Under the pieces are notes generated by a model. That model saw nothing but the letters and a program-made list of their open reading frames with translations, did no database searches and was not told where the DNA came from. The position numbers and the translations under genes are program-made. From contig JAAXUC010000003.1 in assembly GCA_013336225.1 (NCBI GenBank), positions 9,564-73,563 on the forward strand: DNA of 64,000 nucleotides. Reading direction: 5' to 3'. Positions 16,940 to 27,102 of the stretch are shown here, piece by piece (position 1 is the first letter of the stretch; every line of letters begins with the position of its first letter). The DNA comes from Candidatus Moraniibacteriota bacterium (GTDB taxonomy: Bacteria; Patescibacteriota; Minisyncoccia; Moranbacterales; GWC2-37-73).

Positions 16940-17867
16940 TAAATTAAATAAAAATATTTTAGCGACAGTCATTTATTATGACGGACTCAGTTATCCATTG
17001 ACTGCTTTTGAGGTGTGGAAATATTTGATTCGGACAGATTATTTCACGCCAAGAGCTGAAGCCATAAATGTGACATTGCAGGAAATATCGGAAAAACTAC
17101 AAGATAAGAATTTGAATAAATTCATCGAACATTATAACGGCTTTTATTTCTTGAAGGGTCGAAAAGATTTGGTGGAAAAAAGAATTGCCAATAATAAACT
17201 TTCGACTGGAAAAATAAAGAAACTGAGGAGTATTGTGTGGTGGCTGCGACTTTTGCCGTTCGTGAGGATGGTTGGTGTCACTGGCGGCCTTGCCATGAAA
17301 AATGCGCGAGTTTCCAGTGATTGGGATCTTTTTATTGTGCTTAAATATGGAAAAATCTGGACAGGCAGAACGATTATAACTGGAGTAGTTCATTTCCTGA
17401 AAAAGAGGCGTCATGGAAAATATATTTCTGACCGAGTTTGTCTCAATTTTTTCGTGACTGATCAGTCATTGGAAGTTATCACGAAAGATCTTTTTTCGGC
17501 CAATGAGTATATGTTTTTGTTTCCGCTCTATGGTTGGGAGTTATATACAAAATTTCAAATAAAAAATCAATGGATCAAGAACATGAAGCCGACCTATGCA
17601 TTAGGTGAACTTACCCCGCTCATGACAATAGCCGATTCAGCCGCATCTCTAAGAATCAGGAATTTCTTGGAGTTATTGCTGAAGTCTAATTGGTTGGAGG
17701 ACTCGCTTAGGAGCATTGAGAAAAAGCGCATCATGAAAAATCCTAAGACGCATCAGGATGGAAGCTTGGTTTATGCTAATGACGACGCGCTGGTTTTTTT
17801 GCCCAATCCGCATGGTCCAGCTGTTTTTGAAAAATTCAAGATAAAAATCGAAGAATTGACTGCTTGA
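16932..17867 (+). CDS. Conserved hypothetical protein with Pol-beta-type nucleotidyltransferase motif
   Basis: ATG at 16932 overlaps the upstream stop. GVTGGLA....SSDWDLF resembles the G[GS]..DxD motif. Confidence 0.6.
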   Translation: MSDKLNKNILATVIYYDGLSYPLTAFEVWKYLIRTDYFTPRAEAINVTLQEISEKLQDKNLNKFIEHYNGFYFLKGRKDLVEKRIANNKLSTGKIKKLRSIVWWLRLLPFVRMVGVTGGLAMKNARVSSDWDLFIVLKYGKIWTGRTIITGVVHFLKKRRHGKYISDRVCLNFFVTDQSLEVITKDLFSANEYMFLFPLYGWELYTKFQIKNQWIKNMKPTYALGELTPLMTIADSAASLRIRNFLELLLKSNWLEDSLRSIEKKRIMKNPKTHQDGSLVYANDDALVFLPNPHGPAVFEKFKIKIEELTA

Positions 17868-17973
17868 TATTTTGCTTCACAGAAGCCAAAATAGCTGAAA
17901 AAACCTTGACTTTCTGGGTCATATTTGATAGATTTAAAAATGTAGGAGGATCGTAATCATTCAAGATATATAG

Positions 17974-18195
17974 ATGAAATCAATCACAATCATTCAACTG
18001 ATCGTTGCAATTTTGCTCACTGTTTCAATCTTGCTTCAAAACAGAGGCAGCGGACTTTCTGGTGCTTTTGGTGGGGACTTTGGCGGATACTACACTAAGA
18101 GGGGTATGGAAAAATTCCTTTTTTATCTTTCAGCAGCTTTGGGTGTGATTTTTATCGCACTCGCCATCACGACTGTGGTGATTGCAAATCGCTAG
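17974..18195 (+). CDS. secG: Preprotein translocase subunit SecG
   Basis: ILLQ.RGSGLSGAFGG, two TM helices. Confidence 0.92.
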   Translation: MKSITIIQLIVAILLTVSILLQNRGSGLSGAFGGDFGGYYTKRGMEKFLFYLSAALGVIFIALAITTVVIANR

Positions 18196-18354
18196 ACAGC
18201 GTGAGGCTTTCGATGATTGAGTTTTGTTATGCTCAATATTTAATAATTCATTGCTAAATTTATTAGTATCTTTTCTGACAATAATATAAAATATATTTCG
18301 CCCAGGAATTGGCGCGCTATTGGGCGCATCCTGACATTCAAAGAGAAATTCATT

Positions 18355-19974
18355 GTGACGATTTTGCTTTTGACTATCGCCGCTTCTTTGGTGGTTTGGA
18401 TCGGATCTTTCTATTTGAATGTCACAAAGGCAATCCCAGCAAACGGGGGAGAATATACAGAGGGAATTGTTGGCCAACCTTTATATATCAATCCCTTGCT
18501 CTCTCAAACCAGTGAGGCTGACAGTGACTTGGCACAGCTGATCTTCAGCGGCCTGTTTAAATATGATAAAGATGGGAACGTTGTGCCTGATTTGGCTGAC
18601 AGCTATGCTGTTTCGGATGATCAGCGCGAATATACGGTTTCTTTAAAGAAGAATTTGCTTTGGCATGATGGAGAAATTCTGAATGCAAATGATGCATTTT
18701 TCACTTTCAATATTCTGCAAGATGCTGCGTACAAAAGTCCACTGCGCCAAGGTTTGCAAGGCGTTGAAGTTAGCTTGACTGATGATTATACTATCAAGTT
18801 CTCACTTAAAAATCCCTATATTGGATTTTTAGATAATTTGACCACTGGTCTTTTGCCAAAGCATATTTGGGAAAACATCGCTCAGGAAAAATTCGCCTTG
18901 GCTGAAAGCAATTTGCATCCGATTGGTTCTGGCCCGTATTCATTTGCAAATTTTCAAAAAGATTCAGATGGAAATATTTTGACTTTGCAATTGGTTGCAA
19001 ACAAAAATTTTCATGATGGACGTCCGTATATCTCGAAAATTACATTCAATTTTTATCCCGATGATGATGCGCTCATCGCTGCTTACAATAAAAAGGAAAT
19101 CATGGGCATGGGAAGTATTCCTCCTGAAAATGTCAAAAATATAAAAAATGCAAAAAGCACCAATATTCACGAATTGGTTATTCCGAGATATTTCTCAGTG
19201 TTTTTCAATCAAACAAAAAATGTGGCTCTTGCTAATGATGTTGTGCGAAGTGCTCTTTCTCAAAGTGTTGATAAACAAGCCATCATCAATGAAGTGTTGC
19301 ATGGAAAGGGAGCTATTTTGACATCTCCAATTTTTCCTCAAATGAAGGGATATAATGGTGATGGCAGCTCAAAGACTGACGTTGAAAGTGCTAAGAAAGT
19401 TTTGGATGAAGCTGGTTGGATTCTGGATGCAGCTGAAAATGTGCGCAAAAAAGGCTCTGACAAATTGGAGTTTGAGCTCATCACCACTGATTGGCCAGAG
19501 CTCAACCAAACAGCTGAGCTTTTGAAGAAGCAGTGGGAAAAAATTGGAGCCAAGGTGGATGTGAAAGTTTTGACAGTTTCTGATTTGCAACAAAATTACA
19601 TCAAAACTCGCGAATATGACAGTCTTTTATTTGGTCAGGCCATCAGCTTTAATCCTGACTTGTATTCCTTTTGGCATTCCTCACAAAAACGTGACCCAGG
19701 GCTGAGTCTTTCACTCTTTGACAACAAAGATGCGGATGGATTGCTCGAAGATTTGCGGCAACAAACTGACCAAGCTAAGCGTATTGAAGATTATCAGAAA
19801 TTTCAAGATATTTTGACCAAGGAGAATCCGGCCATCTTTTTGTATTCAAGATTCTATTTATATCCCACTAATACTAATTTGCGCGGTGTGGAAGTGACAA
19901 ACATTAATAACCCAGCGCAGCGATTTGTGGATGTGAATAAATGGTATGTGAAAACTTCGCGAGTGATGAAATAG
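18355..19974 (+). CDS. Peptide ABC transporter substrate-binding protein (family 5); true start probably upstream
   Basis: GGEYTEGIVGQP, LIFSGL, PDLA, WHDG, PIGSGPY. Confidence 0.85.
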   Translation: MTILLLTIAASLVVWIGSFYLNVTKAIPANGGEYTEGIVGQPLYINPLLSQTSEADSDLAQLIFSGLFKYDKDGNVVPDLADSYAVSDDQREYTVSLKKNLLWHDGEILNANDAFFTFNILQDAAYKSPLRQGLQGVEVSLTDDYTIKFSLKNPYIGFLDNLTTGLLPKHIWENIAQEKFALAESNLHPIGSGPYSFANFQKDSDGNILTLQLVANKNFHDGRPYISKITFNFYPDDDALIAAYNKKEIMGMGSIPPENVKNIKNAKSTNIHELVIPRYFSVFFNQTKNVALANDVVRSALSQSVDKQAIINEVLHGKGAILTSPIFPQMKGYNGDGSSKTDVESAKKVLDEAGWILDAAENVRKKGSDKLEFELITTDWPELNQTAELLKKQWEKIGAKVDVKVLTVSDLQQNYIKTREYDSLLFGQAISFNPDLYSFWHSSQKRDPGLSLSLFDNKDADGLLEDLRQQTDQAKRIEDYQKFQDILTKENPAIFLYSRFYLYPTNTNLRGVEVTNINNPAQRFVDVNKWYVKTSRVMK

Positions 19975-19990
19975 ATTGTAATTTAGATAT

Positions 19991-20159
19991 GTGCAATATA
20001 TAACTTTTGTTTCACCTGTTTTTTCTTGAAGCCGTAGCGAGGAGCGCGAGGTCCGAGCGAGCAGCCATAGATTTCGGCTGCGAAGCGTGCTCTCAAGAGA
20101 AAACAGGTAAAACAAAAATAGTTTTCTTCTATTCTCGGAATTTTATATCACATATGATC
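19991..20159 (+). repeat. ~170-bp dispersed structured element, copy 1
   Basis: Long inverted repeat 20005..20117 with GC-rich core; homologous to 25392..25562 (inverted) and 59264..59433. Confidence 0.85.
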
Positions 20160-20196
20160 TTATAAATCGATATAATCAAATAAATATTCAAACAAA

Positions 20197-20805
20197 ATGG
20201 AAATAGATTTCACCAATGTCCCCAAACATTATGCAGCACGAACTCACGAAAAAATGCAGGAAGTGTTGATGGATGAAAATGCTGATGGGCCAGCAATTCA
20301 TTACTACATGATTCGTGGGGGAGTGGATCAAAAAAACACCACCGTCTGGGAACCGGGAACAATCTCCGGCGAATATATCAAAACTTATGGTCATTATCAC
20401 GTAGGAGAATTGAGTGAAGATTATTTCATTGCCTATGGCGAAGGGGTGGCTTTGCTGCAGAAATTGGTGGAAGATGAAAACGGCAAAATGATTGCTGACC
20501 AAGTGGCAGAGTTTCGGGCAGTGGTGGTGAAAACCGGCGACAAAGTTTTTATGCCTGAAGGGTTTGGCCATTTGTTGGCCAACATTGGAAAAACATATCT
20601 TGTCACCATTGATGATAGTCCAGTTGATTTTGAAGATCGTGATCCAGCCAGTTTTCCAGGACATGCCAATTATGAACTTGTCAAAAAAATGCGAGGATTC
20701 GCTTATTATATTGTTGAGAACAATGGAGCAGTGGCACTCAAGAAAAATCCACTTTATAAATCCATTGCAAAAGAAGATTTGGGCGGTTTGTCAGTAATCG
20801 ATTAA
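20197..20805 (+). CDS. Cupin-type (archaeal-type) glucose-6-phosphate isomerase family protein
   Basis: PGTISGEYIKTYGHYH, E.Y....GEG..LLQ, P.GFGH..AN.G. Confidence 0.8.
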   Translation: MEIDFTNVPKHYAARTHEKMQEVLMDENADGPAIHYYMIRGGVDQKNTTVWEPGTISGEYIKTYGHYHVGELSEDYFIAYGEGVALLQKLVEDENGKMIADQVAEFRAVVVKTGDKVFMPEGFGHLLANIGKTYLVTIDDSPVDFEDRDPASFPGHANYELVKKMRGFAYYIVENNGAVALKKNPLYKSIAKEDLGGLSVID

Positions 20806-22223
20806 TGACACATAAAAATATGTATAGCATCATTCTTTGCGGTGGGTCAGGCACGCGACTCTGGCCACTTTCTCGGAAAAATTTTCCAAAACAATTTCTT
20901 AAGCTGTATTCCAGTAATTCTTTGCTGCAAGAAACTTTTTTGCGCATGAAAAAAGTTGTCGCTCAGGAAAATATCTATTTCGTTACAAATGAAGAAAATT
21001 ATTATAATGTTTTCAATCAAATTAAAGAGGTGTATGCTGATTTTAAAGAGGATCAAATTCTAAGAGAGCCCAAAGCTCTGAACACGATGCCTGCCGTAAC
21101 GTTGGCTGTCAGTTATTTGCAAGAAAAAATTGGAATAGACAAGGCGGCGCCAATCATCATGGTGCCCGCTGATCATTACATCGGAGATGAAAAAGAATAT
21201 GTGCAAGTTGCCAAGCAGGCGCTTGCTGCTGTTGGAAATAATCTAGGAACCATTGGTGTTATGCCAACCAAGGCACACACTGGCCTGGGTTACATCAAAA
21301 AAGGTACAAAAGAAGGTGATTTTTTCGAGGTGGAAGGTTTCAAAGAAAAACCTGATGAAAAAACTGCTCAGGAATTTTTTGCTTCAGGGCAATATTTGTG
21401 GAATGCTGGCATGTATATTTTCAACACAAAAACATTCTGCGAAGAAATGCAAAAACATTCTCCAGAAATTTTTTCTTTGTTTGAAAAAGGTTTCGAGGTT
21501 TTTTTGCAGGATTATTTGAAACTGGATGCAGTTGCTATTGATTATGCCATTTCGGAAAAATCTGATCGCATGGTGACATTTGAAGGTGATTTTGACTGGA
21601 GTGATATTGGCTCCTTTGATGTTTTGGCTGAAATACTGGGAAGAAAAAATGAAAACAATTCAAGACGTATCGCAATAAACAGTGAGAATGTTTTTGCGTT
21701 ATCCACGAATAGTGACAAGTTGATTGTTGTTTCTGGCATGAAGGACGTGATTGTAATAGAAAATCATGATAGTATTTTGGTGCAAAAAATGGGAGATAGT
21801 AATGAGGGTGTAAAAAAAGTTGTTGAATATTTGAAGGAGAAAAATTATCAAGAACTTGGTGATGAAATCGTGGGATATCGCCCTTGGGGAAAATATGAAG
21901 TTTTGGTTGATGACGCTAATCATAAGGTGAAGAAAATCACTGTGTTTGCTGGTGCATCGCTTAGCTTGCAATCGCATGAGCGTCGCGCTGAGCATTGGGT
22001 GGTGGTGAAAGGTATTGCTAATGTGGTCAACGGAGAGAGTCGCTTGGTTTTACATGAAAATGAAAGCACCTATATTCCAGCTACCGCCAAGCATCAGTTG
22101 GCCAATTTTGGAAAAGAAAATCTTGAAATTATTGAAGTGCAAACGGGTGATTATTTGGAGGAGGATGACATTATTCGCTATGAAGATCAGTATGGTCGCC
22201 CTAGTGGAATGGAGGTTAAATAG
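20805..22223 (+). CDS. manC: Mannose-1-phosphate guanylyltransferase / mannose-6-phosphate isomerase
   Basis: GGSGTRLWPLSR..FPKQF, EKP, WSDIGS, RPWG, SLQSH..RAEHW. Confidence 0.92.
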   Translation: MTHKNMYSIILCGGSGTRLWPLSRKNFPKQFLKLYSSNSLLQETFLRMKKVVAQENIYFVTNEENYYNVFNQIKEVYADFKEDQILREPKALNTMPAVTLAVSYLQEKIGIDKAAPIIMVPADHYIGDEKEYVQVAKQALAAVGNNLGTIGVMPTKAHTGLGYIKKGTKEGDFFEVEGFKEKPDEKTAQEFFASGQYLWNAGMYIFNTKTFCEEMQKHSPEIFSLFEKGFEVFLQDYLKLDAVAIDYAISEKSDRMVTFEGDFDWSDIGSFDVLAEILGRKNENNSRRIAINSENVFALSTNSDKLIVVSGMKDVIVIENHDSILVQKMGDSNEGVKKVVEYLKEKNYQELGDEIVGYRPWGKYEVLVDDANHKVKKITVFAGASLSLQSHERRAEHWVVVKGIANVVNGESRLVLHENESTYIPATAKHQLANFGKENLEIIEVQTGDYLEEDDIIRYEDQYGRPSGMEVK

Positions 22224-22316
22224 GGACTTGACTCATTGGTTATCTTTTTGTAGTATCAATGATCAAATAAGATAGTAATTTTACAGCTTAATATCAAATT
22301 GCAAAGGAGGTTAATC

Positions 22317-23039
22317 ATGCGTATTTTCAATGAAGAAAAATGCCATATGAAACCTGAAAGACTGGATGTTTTTGAAGAGCTAAAGAAAATCACGCTTTTT
22401 GAAGGATGTGATAAAATTGCAATACTGGATCTTTGTGGAAAAGCTAGAATAAGAACATTCAGTAAGGAAATTGTTATCTTTGATACTTACGATAATAATG
22501 AATTTCTCTATTTTGTTTTGCGGGGAAGTGTCTGCGCTGTGCACTATGCAGGTGATTGTGAGAAAGGTGATTATGCAATTTCTCGCGTCTATGGAAGTTT
22601 TGAAGGATTGAATTGTGGCTCAGTTTGGGATGATGCTTCCGAGGGGGAACTTTTCACGGCAGTTGCTGGAGGAGAAGGCGCAATCTTACTATTGATACGC
22701 AAGTGTCATCTGCTGCAATTATTGAAAAAATATCCATCTTTTTGTTTTGAATATTCCAAATATCTTCGCAAAATCGAAAAAGCATACCTGAAGCATGTGG
22801 TGCATCTGCTTTGTTATGACAATATCGAACAACGTCTGATAAGATGCTTGCGTGTCCTATCAAGAAAAAATGGTGAAAATTATGTGTATCCGCTTGGTAT
22901 TCATACTCACGAAAAATTGGCCAGAATGATTGGAAAAACTAGGGAGTCGGTGACGAGAAGCTTGGGAAAATTAAATTCCATGGGAATCCTTCGCACCAAT
23001 GAGAGACGAAGAATCATGGGCATCAATTTGCCAGATTGA
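22317..23039 (+). CDS. Crp/Fnr family transcriptional regulator, Cys-rich
   Basis: cNMP-like N-domain; THEKLARMIGKTRESVTRSL HTH; GGAGG SD before ATG 22317; TTGACT-17-TAGTAT promoter. Confidence 0.82.
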   Translation: MRIFNEEKCHMKPERLDVFEELKKITLFEGCDKIAILDLCGKARIRTFSKEIVIFDTYDNNEFLYFVLRGSVCAVHYAGDCEKGDYAISRVYGSFEGLNCGSVWDDASEGELFTAVAGGEGAILLLIRKCHLLQLLKKYPSFCFEYSKYLRKIEKAYLKHVVHLLCYDNIEQRLIRCLRVLSRKNGENYVYPLGIHTHEKLARMIGKTRESVTRSLGKLNSMGILRTNERRRIMGINLPD

Positions 23040-23040
23040 G

Positions 23041-23078
23041 TTGAAAAGCTTTCGAATATATCGAAAGCTTTTTTCAAT
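23041..23078 (+). terminator. Intrinsic terminator
   Basis: aaagctttcga-loop-tcgaaagctttttt. Confidence 0.7.
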
Positions 23079-23405
23079 TCGTCTGTCGTGCGCTTGACTT
23101 TCTGGCCAACTTGGTCTATACTTGATCTATATGTGAAGACTTCTTGAATGTTACCTTGTTTAAAGCTTTTTTCTTCAAAAAACAACACAAACAAGCTTTC
23201 AGCTCAGTAAAAGTGCTCTTTTTAGAGGGTTTTTGCTATTGTATTTAATATTCATGCCGAGCATCTTTTTTGGTACAATAAAACTTCTTTATATATAAAA
23301 ACTTAATTAACAAGAAATTAATAAACTTTTAATTTAAGTAAGTTTATCAACTTTTAAATTGTAATATAAACGATAAGACTTGCTTGTTTTAGTAATAAAA
23401 AAAAT

Positions 23406-25334
23406 ATGTTTAAAAAACAATCTGTCGATTTTATCGACAAAATCGTGGCTGATTTGAAAAAGCCAGTTCAAAGCGCAACTTCTTCAAAAAGTGTTGCACC
23501 TAGCGTTGCAAATGGGAAAGCGGCTCACGCACCAGCAACAAATCGCTCAGCTAATAAACCAGATGGTTCTAGCAAAAAAGCTGGGCATGCTCAAGGTGGT
23601 AAAAGGCATCCAGTGAAAAGAAGCAATTCAAACAAATCACAAGCTCCTCTTGGCAATCCGCCAAGTGAAAATTTGCGCATCACCCCGATGGGTGGAAATG
23701 AAGAAGTTGGTCGCAACATGACCATGTTTGAATATGGCGGAGACATCATCATCTTGGATATGGGAATTCAATTTCCAGAGGAAGATATGCCAGGAATTGA
23801 CTATATCATTCCTAATGCAAGTTATCTGAAAGGAAAAGAAAAGAATATTAGAGGTGTTATTTTGAGTCATGGACATCTTGATCACATTGGGGCTGCTCCG
23901 ATTCTCTTGCGAGAACTTGGTTATCCTCCAATTGTAGGACGCGATCTGACACTAGCTTTAGTGAAAAAGAAAATGGAAGACTATGACACAAATTCTGCTC
24001 AGAATTTGAAAATCATCAGAGTTAATGCAATCACTGACAAAATTCGGCTTGGAAAATTTGAAATTGAATTTTTTGATGTGGAACACTCCGTGATGGACGC
24101 AGTTGGGGTGATCATCAAAACTCCAGATGGCACCGTGATCCATCCTGGTGACTGGACCATGGACAAAAATCCAACCGATCACAGCGAAGTGACCTATGAA
24201 CATCTTGCAAATTTGCCTTCACCAAGAATCTTAATGTTGGAAAGCTTGGGCGCAACTGACACTCGTCCAACTCAAAAATCAGAAGTTGAAATGTACAAAA
24301 ATTTGGATGATTTGGTGGGGAACGCTAAAGGCATGGTGATTATTGGAACATTTTCTTCTCAAATAAAAAGAATTGGAAAAATCATTGAATATGCAGAATC
24401 GATTGGAAAAAAAGTTGCTTTGGACGGCTATTCCATGAAAATGAACATTGAAATTGCCAAGGAATTGGGATATATCAAGGCTCATAAGCAGACTTTGATT
24501 TCCGTCAATGAAATTCAAAAACACCCAAGAAACAAGGTGGTGGTGATTTGCACCGGCGCGCAAGGCGAGGGCAACGCCGTGCTCTCACGCATCGTCAATG
24601 ATGAACATCGTTTCATTCACATCATGCGAGAGGACACTATCGTGTTTTCATCCTCAGTTATTCCTGGAAATGAACGAACAATTCAACGACTTAAGGATGA
24701 TCTATATCGAAAATGTGACAACGTGATCCACAGCGACATTTTGGATGTGCACACCAGTGGTCACAGCAATGCGCATGACATTCAAGACATCATCAGGCAG
24801 ATCCGTCCTGACTTCTTCTTGCCAGTATATGCCAATCACTATTTCCTGAAGGAAGCTGCCAAGCTGGGCGAAAAAGTTGGAGTGCACAAGGAAAATATCT
24901 TCGTGTTGGATAATGGGAATCAACTTGAGGTTCATAGTGGAAAAGCTAAGGTTCTTCCGCAAAAAATCGACACGAGCTATGTCATGGTGGATGGATTAGG
25001 TATCGGTGATATTGGTGAAATTGTCCTTCGCGACCGACAACTGCTTGCCAAGGACGGAATGTTCATGATTGTGGTAATCATTGATTCCAAGACTAAAAAA
25101 ATCATCGGAACTCCACAAATCACTTCTCGAGGATTCATTTTCGTGAAAGAAAATTTTGACCTGGTGAATGCCACTAAGCGCGTGGTTGAAAAAGTGGTCA
25201 AGGAAAAAACTTCTCCAGATGTCTCAGTCAATTGGGATTATGTGAAAAACAACATTCGCGAATCAGTTGGCTCATTCTTGTTTACCAAAACAGAGCGGCG
25301 TCCAATGGTTTTGCCAGTGGTGATTGAGGTCTAA
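23406..25334 (+). CDS. rnj: Ribonuclease J with ~85-aa low-complexity N-terminal extension
   Basis: GGNEEVGRNM, DMG..FP, SHGHLDHIG, TGAQGE, SVIPGNE, HTSGH, RRPMVLPVVIEV. Confidence 0.95.
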   Translation: MFKKQSVDFIDKIVADLKKPVQSATSSKSVAPSVANGKAAHAPATNRSANKPDGSSKKAGHAQGGKRHPVKRSNSNKSQAPLGNPPSENLRITPMGGNEEVGRNMTMFEYGGDIIILDMGIQFPEEDMPGIDYIIPNASYLKGKEKNIRGVILSHGHLDHIGAAPILLRELGYPPIVGRDLTLALVKKKMEDYDTNSAQNLKIIRVNAITDKIRLGKFEIEFFDVEHSVMDAVGVIIKTPDGTVIHPGDWTMDKNPTDHSEVTYEHLANLPSPRILMLESLGATDTRPTQKSEVEMYKNLDDLVGNAKGMVIIGTFSSQIKRIGKIIEYAESIGKKVALDGYSMKMNIEIAKELGYIKAHKQTLISVNEIQKHPRNKVVVICTGAQGEGNAVLSRIVNDEHRFIHIMREDTIVFSSSVIPGNERTIQRLKDDLYRKCDNVIHSDILDVHTSGHSNAHDIQDIIRQIRPDFFLPVYANHYFLKEAAKLGEKVGVHKENIFVLDNGNQLEVHSGKAKVLPQKIDTSYVMVDGLGIGDIGEIVLRDRQLLAKDGMFMIVVIIDSKTKKIIGTPQITSRGFIFVKENFDLVNATKRVVEKVVKEKTSPDVSVNWDYVKNNIRESVGSFLFTKTERRPMVLPVVIEV

Positions 25335-25391
25335 AAATAGTAACATATCGTTTGAAAAAGATGCACTTTCGGGTGCATTTTTTTTGTTTGT

Positions 25392-25562
25392 GATCATGTG
25401 TAATATAAGATCCTTGAAACAAAAGTAAACCATTTTTGTTTCACCTGCTTTCTCTTGAGAGCACGCTTCGCAGCCGAAATCTATGGCTGCTCACTCGGAC
25501 CTCGCTCTCGCTCGCTATGGCTTCAAGAAAAAGCAGGTTCAACAAAAGCGGCATATTTGCAC
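25392..25562 (-). repeat. ~170-bp dispersed structured element, copy 2 (inverted)
   Basis: Reverse complement aligns with 19991..20159. Confidence 0.85.
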
Positions 25563-25741
25563 GTGAGTGGATATTTGTGGAAACTATCTTTTGCTGATTG
25601 ATGGTGTTAATAAATTTGCCATATACGTATTTTGCATTGTGTGATATAATTTAACATAAATGGAAAGAATTTCAATAATTTTTTTCCAGTGGTTTTTGGA
25701 AAAATATATTGCATTTTTAAGAAAAACAAAAAAAACAAAAA

Positions 25742-27052
25742 ATGGCTGAACCATGCATAAAAGTTGATCAATTGAGAGTGATCTACAACAAAGGAAAGTC
25801 CAATGAAGTTCGTTCATTGGATGGTGTTAGCGTGGAAATTTATCCTGAAGAATATATTATTATCTACGGTCCATCTGGTTGTGGGAAATCAACCCTGCTC
25901 TATGGCATCTCTGGACTGCAGGCGCCAACCTTCGGCGATGTGGTTGTGCTGGGAAAAAATCTGGCCCAGATGACAAAAAGAGAAACGGTGGAATTTCATC
26001 AAACCAGTATTGGCATGGTTTTTCAAGCATTCTATTTGATTGAAACCTTGACGGTGTTGGATAATGTTTGTTTGCCGAAAGTTTTTCGCGGAGAAGATTT
26101 GAAGCCGCGTCGCGAAGCCGCCATGGAATTGTTGCGAAGATTTGGGATTGCTGAGCAAGCAGAACGATTTCCTGCTCAACTTTCTGGAGGTCAAAAACAG
26201 CGCGTTTCCATTGCTAGAGCTTTGGTGAATAATCCTGAAATAATCTTGGCTGATGAACCAGTGGGAAACTTGGATTCTGAGTCCGCGCAAAATGTGCTCG
26301 ATATTTTCAAGGAAATCAATGATGTCGACAAGAAAACTTTGATCATGGTTACGCATAATCCTGAGCATCTTGTGTATGCTGATCGCATCATTCACATGAA
26401 GGATGGGAAGAAAGTCAGTGAAGAAATTAATCACGATAAGCGTCCAAAGGAAGCCTTGATCAAAGAAGTGGCTGCAACTCCAGAGGAAATTTCCAGCGAG
26501 CTCAAATTACTCATGCGTACTTTCAAAAACTTGTCTTTGCAACAAGTTGGAGTGCTGCTCATTCCGTTTAAAGCCAAGCAACTTTTGGCGCACATCATTT
26601 CAGAATTGAATGAAGAACAAATTGGCGCTGCGGAAAATCTGTTGAAAGAGTTCTTATTCAAGAATATTGACAAGCCTGCGCTTTCCGAGAAATTGGATTT
26701 GGATTTCGACAAGGGTGGAGCTGGTTGGAATAAACTGCGTGCAATGTCTTTCACTGAGCGCACCGGCAGAATTTTGGCTCAAGCCGAGGCTCTCAATGGT
26801 GATCAAGACACTGGAGTGATTTCATTTTGTGATTATCTCGCATCCGTGTATCATCTCAAGCTCGATGATGAAGTCATGTTGCGATTCAGGGCCTTTATAA
26901 AATTGCGAGTGGAAAACAGAATTGATAGATTTGGGCTTGAGCAAAGATTGGATGCACCTAAACGACTTGGCGGCGCAGGATTATATAAGGGAAGTGCTGA
27001 GAAAGTTGTGCGTGAAATTGAGTTGGTCATGCTCTTGAAATACTCAGCATAG
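25742..27052 (+). CDS. ABC transporter ATP-binding protein (LolD/MacB-like) with ~200-aa C-terminal extension
   Basis: GPSGCGKST, LSGGQKQR, ADEPVGNLD, VTH. Confidence 0.9.
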   Translation: MAEPCIKVDQLRVIYNKGKSNEVRSLDGVSVEIYPEEYIIIYGPSGCGKSTLLYGISGLQAPTFGDVVVLGKNLAQMTKRETVEFHQTSIGMVFQAFYLIETLTVLDNVCLPKVFRGEDLKPRREAAMELLRRFGIAEQAERFPAQLSGGQKQRVSIARALVNNPEIILADEPVGNLDSESAQNVLDIFKEINDVDKKTLIMVTHNPEHLVYADRIIHMKDGKKVSEEINHDKRPKEALIKEVAATPEEISSELKLLMRTFKNLSLQQVGVLLIPFKAKQLLAHIISELNEEQIGAAENLLKEFLFKNIDKPALSEKLDLDFDKGGAGWNKLRAMSFTERTGRILAQAEALNGDQDTGVISFCDYLASVYHLKLDDEVMLRFRAFIKLRVENRIDRFGLEQRLDAPKRLGGAGLYKGSAEKVVREIELVMLLKYSA

Positions 27053-27102
27053 TGCAAATGATGAAAGTTGATATATAATGAAACAAGCATAAAAAACAAA
27101 AA

